From: Octopus sinensis
Lineage: Eukaryota
Length of the DNA stretch: 64,000 nt
NCBI RefSeq assembly: GCF_006345805.1
Contig: NC_043018.1
Coordinates: 21,018,001 to 21,082,000 of the forward strand
Direction of reading: 5' to 3'
Positions 1 through 11,815 of this stretch are shown here, piece after piece (the first letter of the stretch is position 1; each line of letters starts with the position of its first letter). The position numbers were made by a program, and so were the translations under genes. Below the pieces are notes generated by a model. It did not search any database, had not been told where the DNA came from, and was given only the letters and a program-made list of their open reading frames with translations.

Positions 1-252
1 GTACTCTTTCGCCACAACTTTCTTTCACTCTTTCTTCTGTTGGTCATTAGAAGGCTAAAACAATGCGAAACGCATTGTGACCAGCGATGTGTAGCAACAT
101 CTGATAGCCTGGTCGGTTACGGTGATATATATATATTATATTTGTAGAGCTATCTTTTTGAACATCGCGATGGTGGTGAGGTTTTCTTTTTTTCTCTTTC
201 GTTTCTAATTAAGAGTCAATTTCGTAATTCCTTATTTACTTCCCTTGTTAAC

Positions 253-341
253 ATGGCGAAGTTCCTCGATTCCCGGTTTTTACCAATTTTCTGTCGTTTA
301 TCTCACAGAATTTATCGAAACTCCTTCAAATCTGTCTTACA
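253..341 (+). CDS. MRPS31: MRPS31 exon 1 ([30 protein letters not shown])
   Basis: ATG in ACATGGCG context; open frame to CA|gtaagt donor; phase 2 matches exon 2. Confidence 0.85.
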
Positions 342-3300
342 GTAAGTATCAGTTTTTCCCCCAGGTATATACTAAATATAGGCCTACCTGTCGTCTTGAC
401 ACGCCTTTCTCAATTTCTTGATGTATTTCAAATGTAAAACCATAATTAACCTTGAAAATGTTTTTGCTTAACAGAGAAAGTTGTCTTTAATTATATCCGA
501 TGCTTTCTCGTTTAAAATTTTGATATTTTTTAAAAATTTAACGTTTTAAGGAATAAAATATAAACAAAATTTGATTCTATCTGTATGTCCTGTTAATTTT
601 AGCAAATTTTACCTGAAATATAACTCAATTATTTTACCTGTTAAACTTATCGGATGAACTGAGCCAGACTTTGTTTCCTCATAAGATGCAGAAAAATAGA
701 GATTTTATAATGAAAATTTTTACAAATACCTTTCAAATAGTGTAGATTACAATTATAGCGGAATTTAATGTAAAAAGAAAATTGGTGGGGACTTATATAT
801 ATACTGAAGATTTCATTTGAATGAAACAGTTCTAGTCCTGTAGAAGCTCCTTCTATAAAATAAATTAATTTACTCTGCTATGTATTGAGTACCTTATTTA
901 CTGTGGTTAACCCCGACTCAACCCGGGACCTACATATATATATATATATATATATATATACTGATACACATCACTTAATTTTTGTGTTGATATATATGTG
1001 ATGTGTGTCAGTAAGAATGTCTATGCGCCTATTAATTTTCCGCATTAAAATCCGATACCATCGTAATATACACTATCTGAAAGGTATTAGTAGAAAATTT
1101 CATTAAAAAGTATCCGTTCTTATAAAAGTTATGAAGAAACGGAATCAGCGGGGCACACTTGTGTATGTATGCCAATGTTTAGATTTCTTTGTGTGTGTGT
1201 TTTCCTTTTAAAATAGAAAAAAAAAATGTATTTTTATTATTATTATTATTATTTATTATTAAATGAAGAGAGTTAAATATACTTTATGCTTTATATTTGA
1301 GACAGTATTTGAGGTGCAACACATCTTTATTTGGTCGCTAGATATCTCAGATTTGTACAACGTTTATCCGAATAAAAGACACGTGTTTTCTGCAGGGTTT
1401 TTAATATTACGATAATGTCTATAATATTTCTTTATTTTCCATTATTTTAAAGTCGAATACTTTAAAAGAAAACACCTAATTTTATATAACATTTGATTAA
1501 GTTGCTGAATCCATAAGTAAACAACGTCTTCCTTCCATAGAAGCGACAAATTATATCCTTCACCCAATTAACAAAATACTACGATTAATTAAACCGCGTT
1601 AATTACTATGTTATTGTATATTTTATACTAGACATAAAGCTGCTCACCTCAGTATTTTTGTAGACGTTTAGTTATTTATTCTATTCATAAAAGTGTAAAT
1701 AATAATAATATGTTATGGGAGACAATGAGGGAACCTGTGGTTGCTGAGACTAATGGAATAAACTTAATTACCTTTTTTTGTGCTATATTTTATAAAAATA
1801 TTAGACTTAGAATTTTTGTGGAGTTCAGCATGTTTGTATATGGTCCCTCTTTGGCGGAGGTAAGCTGGCAGAAACGTTAGCACGTTTCGGGGTCGATAAA
1901 TTAAGTACCAGTTACGCACTGGAGTCGATATAATCGACTTAATCCGTTTGTCTGTCCTTGTTTGTCCCCTCTGTGTTTAGCTCCTTGTGGGTAATAAAGA
2001 AATAGGTAAAGAATACGTACACCACCCATTTTCGGCGCAACAAAAACCCTAATCCTAACCCCAACACCGGGTGTACGTATTCATTACTTTCGTCCCCCTC
2101 TTTTGTATCGAAGATCTTTGATTACGTTCATGCTTCGATAAGTTTTCCGAATATTTTATGAAAGACTAGCAGTATCGCCCGGCGTTGCTCGGGTTTGTAA
2201 GGGAAATAACTATATAAGCATTTTTAGAGAGTTATAGCCAAAAAATGCATTAAAAATGGGGAAAAAATGATGGTAAATTTTTTTTTAAATCGTTGACTCT
2301 TCGTAGACATTTTTAGAGAGTTACTTCCCTTATATAATAGCGAAAACAATGCATTAAAATGGAAAAAAAATTATGGTAATTTTTTTTTTAAATCGTAGAC
2401 TCATCATAGACGCGTGCTAATACCCAGAAGGGCTCAATATGAATCGCGACTATAAGATACCCGGTTTTGGTTAAACTGCACCGCAAAATGTGGGAGTAGT
2501 TAGGAATCTAAATCATAGGAGACAGACAGCACACAACCTCACTTTTATATATAAAGATTTATTAAATACGTTTCAAGCTTTCTTTCTTTTTTGTCATTTT
2601 TCGTCGTCTGCTTTGGTTTCTTTGGATTAAATTTATCAACTGTCGTTTTAATTATATCGTAAAATGATTGTTTTCAGATTGCAGCAACAGCAAACCCATC
2701 TATCTAAATGCAAAGCTCGGCACCTTTGCTCAAGTCCTGTTTTACAAAAAGAAAAGCGAAACAAAATTTCTGACGAAGAAGATACACCAAAAAAGTAAGT
2801 TTTAAATCTTAAATAAGACCGGAGTTTGTTTTTTTTTTTGGGGTGGGGGGGCATTTATTTCAGAACTGGCATAAATATCTTTTACCTTTTACTTGTTTTA
2901 ATCATTAGACTGCGGCCATCCTGGAGCACCGCCTTGGAGGGTCTGTAGTCGGACAAATCGACCACAGGATTTTTCAAAGCCTGGTACTTATTCTGTAGGT
3001 CTCTTTTGTCAAATACTAATTTGTGTAAAATTTCCTCTTCAGAAATGCTGGTGACATCAGTGAAGAGTTGGCAACCGCTGCCAAAGAAGTTGCTGAGTCT
3101 TTACCAGGAGATCCTTTACAAACTCAGTCTCAGTTACTACAGAGGTTGCAGGCTCATAATGTGCTATCAGAATCCCAAAAGACAAATGCAGCTGATGCGA
3201 AACCTAGCTTAAGCATTGAGTAAGTAAAAATTTCTGAATGTTACTTTTTTTTATTTCTGTATTTCAAAAGTCCGTTTGTAATCATCTCATTTGATAGTGT

Positions 3301-6300
3301 TAGATTAATCCTTTCGTCATCATCACCTTCAAACGTCTGCTTTCCATGCTGGCATGAGTTGGATGGTTTGACTGGGGACTGGCAAGCCAGAAGGCTGCAA
3401 CAGGTTCCAGTCTGATCTGGCAAGGTTTCTACAGCTGGATGCCCTTCCTGACCCCAACCACTCAGAGAGTAGTGGGTTCTTTTTACATCCACTGGCTAGT
3501 CAGGTAGCACTGGCATCGACCACACTTGAATGGTGCTTTTTACATGCTACTGGCATGGGTGCCAGTCATGCAGTAGTGGCATCCGCCACGACAATGATTT
3601 CACTTGACTCAACAGGTGTTCTCAAGCACAGTATATAATGCCCAATGATTGAAGGGTACTCTTAAATGGGCTGGTTATGTGACACTGTCATAGACCATAG
3701 CTACAGTCTCACTTGGCTTGGTGGATCTTCTCAAGCACAGCATATCTCCAAAGGACTCAGTCACTTGTCATTGCCTCGATGAGGCCCAATATGCAAAGGT
3801 TGTGCTTCACCACCTCATCCATACCATACTATTTCCTTACCATGTTTTTATTGAATGGTAACTAACTTACAAATTAGCACTCCGTCAGTTCCAGTTGATC
3901 TGATCAATGGAACAACCTGTTTGTGAAATTAACTTACAAGTGGCTGAGCACTCCATGGACGTATACCCTTAAAGTAGTTCTTAAGGAGATTCAGCATGAC
4001 ACAGAGTGTGACAAGGCTGGCTCTTTGAAATACAAGTACTACTCATTTTTGCCAGCTGAGTGAACCGTATCAGGACAATTATGCACCAACCCAATAGCTT
4101 CCTAAATTTTTTCCTTCACATTCTTACTATGACTGCTCTGTATTTGGAACACCCATCTCCACTATTAATTAGGTTACCTCCTCCTCTCAGAGGATCTTTG
4201 TCTTGTGAATTACTTGGTGACCCTGCCAGTGTTGGTACCATGTAAAAAGCATCCAGTCAACACTGTAAAGTGGTTGGCATCAGGAATGGCATCCAGCAGT
4301 AAAAACCACACCAAAGCAAACCTCAATAGTGTTGGTGCCATGTAAAAAAAAACATCCAGTCCACTTTGTAAAGTGGTTGGCATTAGGAAGGGCATCTAGC
4401 ATTAAAAACCATGCTAAAACAGACAGTGAAGCCCCTGTCAAACCGTCCAACCCATGCCAGCATGGAAAGTGGATGTTAAGTGATGATAATGGTGCAGTGC
4501 TGCCACCAGTGACCACAGCTATAGTCTTTCAGGTATTGGAAGGAATTTCTTTTTAGTGGTTTTCTAACTGTGTAATAATCTTGTGCACCTGCCTCATATA
4601 GAATCTGCCATCACAGTCAGCTTACCTGTGATCCTGCTGTGTTTCCTGTCTATCTGTAGCTTTTATATCAAGTACACTGTATGGAATTTCTAGCTACTCT
4701 TTTTTGAGCAATCACATCCTAGATGATGACAGAACTCTCTTCTTTCTTTCTAACTAAAGCTTTTATCTTTGGTTTTCTTTACTTGTACTTGCGAAGGCCT
4801 ACACCCGAGATGGATTGAACCAGCTCCAACCAATGAGTTCACCACATTTCTTATGGATGACAACTACATCTGATGGTTAGCCCTAACATTCTAACAGGCA
4901 AAGTAGTGCAAGTTGCCAAAATTCTCCAGCTTGCAATTTTGACAAAAGCCACACAGGGAGAGCAAAAAGCATGTCGGATAGTGCAGACACCGTAGCTGTA
5001 GTCATTTATCATTGAGGTGTAGAGGTCATGTTTGGAAATTCAGTGAGAGTACAAGTTCACATGTGGTCTTTGGTTACATACATACATACACACTTTGAGA
5101 CAGTGTGATCCATAGCAGTTCATCTTGTCATCCATTGTCAATCATCACAGAGGATTCACTGACCAAGTCACCGCCAGTTATCAGAGTAGATGTAGCCTGG
5201 GTTTAAAGTGGGTGGTACTCCTGCTAGTTGACCCATAGCTGGGACCCTAACAGATGCTACTACTCCTGGTCAGAGTAAACCTGGGAACAACAGTGGCTAA
5301 GAAGTGGTTCCACACACCTTAAAAACCTTAGAGCTCCTGAACCAGTCCCACTATTGGATGCAGTTTAAAGACTTACCCAGGATTACTTTGGTTTACTTTG
5401 AGGCTTCTTGACTCTAATCTTTGCCCCCATGTTTAGAATTTCTGTTTGCTTTCATATCATTAATTGTACTTATACCTGTTAGCTGTCATCAGGTTATCAA
5501 TATTTTTTTTTTTTATAATAAAGATAAACAGAGGTCTCAAGGTCTCTAAATTACTATACCTTATATGAAATAATTTAATTGATTGGAAATACTTGCAAAA
5601 AACAAATTCACACAGCTGGATCAATTTAATCAAATTGAAAATAAGAAACTGATTCAAAGATGTGTAATGATGACTCAAAGAGTTTTTTTAAATACCCAGG
5701 TAAACTCATACAGGGTGCAGCAGAAAGGTTTCCTCAATATCAGTTTATTAACCTTTGAAATTGGGGCAACCTATCTACCACACCCTGTATTTCTTTATTA
5801 GTCTGGAAACTTCCTTCATATGCTGTTGTGTCTGGGGAGAGTCATTTTCTTTTTGTGCCTTATAACACACTCACTGGTAAAATTTCCACTTATTTCTTAC
5901 TTTTATTTTCCTAAAATTTTCGTTGCATCTTGGCAACCTTTACAATAGTCTTCAATCTCATGTTAATGTTTTTTTTTTTTTTATTTTTTAGAAATTTATT
6001 TGCTGGGATGAAAGTTATCAAAGAGAAAGCATCATATTCAGGAAAAGAAATGAAAACTGATTGTGAGTAAAATTCTAAAAATGTCTTGAATGTATGTGCA
6101 TTTATTAATCCTTTTGATACCAACTCGTCTGAGAGTACTCCTGGTTCTGTGATACAAACTTCAAGTCTTAATGTGATCTAAATTAAAGCCTTCCATCAAA
6201 ATTTCTTGTTAGTTTATATTCCAAACACCAGCTTCATAATGACAGTTATTTTACTAAAGTCATCATTATTTACAAAATTAATAGAAACAAAAGCAGTGTA

Positions 6301-9300
6301 TTTTAACAGGAATATGGTAACAAAAGAATTAAAGAGTGAAGAAAAAACATTTAGCATATAAAGCGCATCTTTCATATGGCTTTATCAGTGGAGCCATAAC
6401 TGAAAAGAAAATTAAAGAGAAAGATGCTTAGGTGATTACAAACAGTTTTGTAATTAATTTTCAAGTTATGCCAGCATGGAACATGGACATTAAATGATGA
6501 TAACATTCTGTCAAGGTGTTTAAGGCAATATTTATTACTATCACATAAAGAGGGCAGCATAACAGAGAAATAGACCTCAATTTAAATTATATAACTGCAT
6601 AAAAACAGAACATGGGGAAGAAGAAATAGAAATTACAAATGATTATTCCTATTATCTTACAATTGTAAAGATTCTCTACAATTAAAATTATAGATTTATG
6701 CCTTAAGGTTTCACTGTGTGTGCGTGCTTGCTTACAGTGATGGATTCGAAGGTTTCATTTACTTACGACTTGATTTCTTAATTTCACCAGAGTACAAATA
6801 CCTATAATGGTGATAGTTAAAAAAAATTAATTAAAATAAAATGGAACTTATAAATTTCCCGATTAGCAAGTGGTCATATTATTTTGTTCACTTTCTTTTG
6901 CATATGAATCAATCCTCGACTGTGTGTGTATAGATCATGGTGTACCTGTTCGCGTAGATACGTGTGTGTACACCGATGGATTTGAGGGTTTCGTTTATTT
7001 ACGAGTTGATTTCTGAACTTCACCAGAGTATAAATGATACTTTAAAAAAAAAAATTAATTCACTTCAATTAAAAAGCATGGGTAAGCAACACAGGGTATG
7101 CATTGCCCCTCCAATGCCTTTTTTCTTTTTTTTTGTAAGTGTCTTTGTTGTAGTTGGTGGTGATATTGCTACAATGACAGCTTAGTCATTGTTAGTATGA
7201 CATGACACCTTTAGACACTAGGAAATCAAATGAATCACACATTTATTGAAATTACTCAATCATATAGTCAATGAAAGCATAGAAAAGATATTTTTAGTCC
7301 AGGGGACAACAAAAAGAATGGTGCTCATATTTCTTCTATTTTGGTGCATTGAATGCAAATCAAAACGCTGTATTTCTTTTAGAATTTCTTTGGAAGATAT
7401 CCTTCCAGTGTCTTAAAATCAAAGTTAAATTTTCTTTTCCTTTTTCCTCACTGAACAGCTCAGACACCTCAAATGAAGAGACAAATGCCCAAGTCAATCA
7501 TCCATACTGAAACAGATAGGTAACAGTAAATTTTACTATTTGGAATGTATGAGTGTGTGTGTGTGTCTAAATACACGTGTCTAAATAAATTCCTGTTCGA
7601 GTCAATACAGAATTACAGATAGTATTTATAGAATTTTGATTTACTGTTGGGTGACTTCTGGCCAACCCTGTATATAAAACATATATTTTCGGAGACACCC
7701 TTCGGTCACGACACAGACCATGGGATTGCACCTAGAAAGTTACCCTCCTAGACAAGTCCGGGCGAGGTTGTTTATGGAAGACCAGCAGTCGCCCATGCAT
7801 ACCAGCCGCCCCTCTCCACGCCACCAGTGTTATCCAAGGGAAGGACAAAGGTCGATACAGCTTGGCACCTGTGACGTCGCAACTCATTTCTACAGCTGAG
7901 TGAACTGGAACAACGTGAAATAAAGTGCCTTGCTCAAGAACACAACACGCAGCCCGGTCCGGGATTCGAGCTCACAACCTCACAATTGTAAGCTCGACGC
8001 TCTAACCACTGAGCCATGCGCCTTCACATATATTTATTATTATTATTATTTATAAGGCAGCAAACTGGCAGAATTGTCAGTTTGCTGGACAAAATGCTTT
8101 GTGACAATCCATTCATCTTTATGCTCTGAGGTCAATTTCTACCAAAATGGGTTTTTCTTGTTCATCACACTTTAGGGGTCGATACATTAAGTACCAATTG
8201 AATACCAGAGTCAACGTAATTGATTCCCCCCCCCCAACACACACAGACACAAATTTCAGCCCCCATGCTTATTGTAGAAAGGATTATTGTTATAATTAAG
8301 GTGGCAAGCTGGTAGAATCATTAGCGTGTCGGGCAAAGTACTCAGCCACATTTCATCCATCATTATGTTCTGAGTTCAAATTCCACCGAAGTCAACTTTG
8401 CCTTTCATCCTTTCAGGGTTGATAAAATAATCCTTTGGTGTTTAAGCCGGCCATATCTGGCCCAAATATCCTACATGTTTTACATTCAAACTGGCCATAT
8501 CTGGCCCAAATATCCTACATGTTTTACATTCAAACTGGTCATATCTGGCCCCTCACACCTAACCTACATTGACATTCTAAGAATAAACTATCACACCATT
8601 GAAACTTCAAAGCTGTAAGATAATGTATGATTAATTAAAAACAATTCGAGTGATAAAAGTATTACATTTAACAGATTAATCTGAACACTAAAGGGTTAAA
8701 TACCAGTAAAACACTGGGGTCAATGTAATCAGCTAGTCTCCTCCCCCAAAATTTCAGGCCTTGTGCCTCTAGTAGAAAAGATTATTATTATTATTATTAA
8801 TGTAACCATATGTAATTTTTTTTCTTACCTGTGCCTAAATCATTATATGCTGGTTTCCCATGTTTCCTGAAATCTTCCAAAATTCCCAAGAATGTGAAAT
8901 GTTTAATACATTCTCTTGTTTTTACACAGCACAAAGATATTTTCTGCTCCCGGCCTTAAAATTTTTGACAAAGTTACACACCCTCCACCTGAACCAGGTA
9001 ATTTCTTTTTTGTTTTTCCTAAGTTGCAATTTCAGAATTATTTCCGAGGGTGAGAGCTGCAAACCCTAATTACTGTCTACTAGTACATCACCCGATTTTT
9101 TTGAGCCTGGAATAAATTACATTTTGTTTCACTGCAGTCATCATCATCATCACCACCATCATTTAATGTCTGTTGTCCATGCTGGCATGGGTTGGACAAT
9201 TTGATCATAGCTGCCAAGCTGGAAGGCTGCACCAGGCTCCAGTCTGCTTTGGCATGGGTTCTACGGCTGGATGCCCTTCCTTAAGCCAACCACTTTACAG

Positions 9301-9935
9301 AGTGTGCTGGGTGCTTTTATGCGGAACCAGCACAGGTGCCATTATACAGAACTGGCACGATTGCTTTTTATGTCACATAGACACAGAACTCTTGTAGGCC
9401 AATCCTTTTCACCAGTGGGAGTGGCCTTAACACTTCAGCTGTGTAGTACAGGTCTTGTTGAGTACAGCAAGGCGCCAGGTATCTCGGTCTTTCGTCATCT
9501 CCTCTGTAAGATTCAGCATCCTGGAGTTGTCCTTCAGTGAAATGAAAGAAATATTTAATCGAATAAAATACTTACCTTATTTGCTGGTATATAAGTCGAC
9601 ATAGTGTATCCTACAGTTCTATATTTAAGAGACGAGGAATTATGTACCTTATTTACATTTGACGGATATTTGTCCTCATCTTGTTTTTTGTTAGCACAAT
9701 GTTTCGGCTGATATACCCTCCAGCCTTCATCAGGTGTCTTGAGGAAATTTCAAACCTGGGTTCTCATTCTTAAGGTATTTTTTGTTGTCCTTATTCAGAT
9801 CACTGCCTGGAATCAAACTCAGAATCTTGGGGTTAGTAGCCTGCACGCTTAACTACTATGCCATGGGCATATGGCATAGTGGTTAAGAGCACGGGTTACT
9901 AACCCCAAGATTCTGAGTTTAATTTCAGGCAGTGA

Positions 9936-9966
<31 letters not shown>

Positions 9967-11776
9967 GTCATCAAAAAATACCTTAGGAATGAGAACCCAG
10001 GTTTGAAATTTTCCCAAGGCACCTGATGAAGGCTGGAGGGTATGTCAGCCAAGATGTTGTCTGATAGGGAATTAACCTTGTCTTAAAGCGAAGGGGAAAA
10101 ATCTACATTGGAGGGTTGCAGGCTGATACAGGAAGGGTCAGCAAATTATGCATTGTATCAATGCCAGTGATTTTACATGCTTTTATGAAAATGACTGAAG
10201 CACAGTTCTTGAAATTATCTATAAGAAATTGATCAACTATCTTTTTGAAATGATAGAAGGAGAGGAACTGAGGTGAGTGGAAGTATTTATGAATCAAGGT
10301 TATTTGTGAGTTGGGAAGACTAAGGTCAGTTTGAGGTAAAAATGTAGGTAAATGGAGTGATTGTTATTTATGTTTGATGTGTAGTTATTGTCGTGTGTGT
10401 AAGTGCTTGTGCCTCCTAACAGAGGGAATATATATAGATCATCATCATCGTTTAACGTCCGCTTTCCATGCTGGCATGGGTTGGACGGTTCAACTGGGGT
10501 CTGGGAAGCCAGAAGGCTGCACCAGGCCCAGTCTGATGTGACAGTATTTCTACAGCTGGATGCCCTTCCTAATGCCAACCACTCCGTGAGTGTAGTGGGT
10601 GCTTTTTACGTGCCACCTGCACAGGTGCCAGGCAAGGCTGGCAAACGGCTGCAATTGGATGGTGCTTTTTACGTGCCACCGGCACGGAGGCCAAATGAAG
10701 CTGGCAACGACCACGATCGGATGGTGCTTTTTACGTGTCACTGGCACATATATATATATATATATATATTTGTGTTTGTCTCCCCACCATTACTTGTTGG
10801 TATGTTTACATCTTTGTAACTTAGCGATTTGGCAAAAGAGGTCAATAGAATAAGTACTAGGCTTACAAAGAATAAGTCCTGGGGTCGATTTCTTTGACTA
10901 AAAACCCTTTAACATGGTGCTCTATTATGACTGAAACAAGTAAAAGAATATTTAAAATAAGTAATCTTTAGGTAAGGGTTTAGTGACAAGGACATCTAGC
11001 ATATATTTCTCCAACCCTTACTAGCAGGAAAAAAATGGATATGAAAACAAGCAATATAAATGCACTTTTTTTTTCTTGCAGTCAACCAGTTTCTAAAATG
11101 TTCTATGGCTGAGCTATTTAATTTTCTTTTCTTTACAACAGAGAAACAAAGCCTGTGGGATGAAATAAATGAAGAAACCTTAGCTACCACTCCTCTATTC
11201 CCTTCAAATGCTTTTGAAGAAATGGCTATTTGGACGAAAGAAGGAAAATACTGGACATTCCCAATCAATAATGAAGCCGGTCAGTTTAATACTCTTTTAC
11301 TCTTTTACTTGTTTCAGTCATTTGACTGCGGCCATGCTGGAGCACCGCCAGTACTTATTCTATCGGTCTCTTTTGCCGAACTGCTAAGTGACGGGGACGT
11401 AAACACACCAGCATCGGTTGTCAAGCAATGCTAGGGGGACAAACACAGACACAAACATATGTATGGAAATAGCTAGAAATGTTAAAGAAATAAACTACCT
11501 CTTTATCTAACCCCACTGAAGCATAGCTGAGCTCATTTAGTCAACAACAACTACAACAACAATGTGCTCTTACCTACAAAGATCTAGATCAGGTTTGGGC
11601 GACCTTTTCCAAGAAGCAGACCATATAAGACATGGTTCATCAAACAGGCTACACTACTGGAAAAGTCAATGAAATTATTTGTTGGGCGTACCATTCAAAA
11701 AGTCCCCTATGCCACAGTTTGCTCATTACTGATCTAGACACAACAAAACACCAGAAATATACCACCAAACATACAA

Positions 11777-11815
<39 letters not shown>

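Noticed and set aside
60-79. 8-bp hairpin acaatgcg-aaa-cgcattgt upstream of MRPS31
   Set aside because: No CUGANGA core precedes it and it lies at the window edge; probably part of a repeat
5583-5801. [12 protein letters not shown]... as an extra MRPS31 exon
   Set aside because: The cacag acceptor gives a stop in the required phase; exons 3 and 4 already join in frame with family-like sequence
6735-7075. Diverged ~235-bp duplication (and a 30-bp duplication at 61211-61270)
   Set aside because: Ordinary local duplications with no additional structure
9871-9950. Genuine tRNA gene
   Set aside because: The B box is degenerate, I see no clear acceptor stem, and it continues into a repeat body; treated as a SINE head
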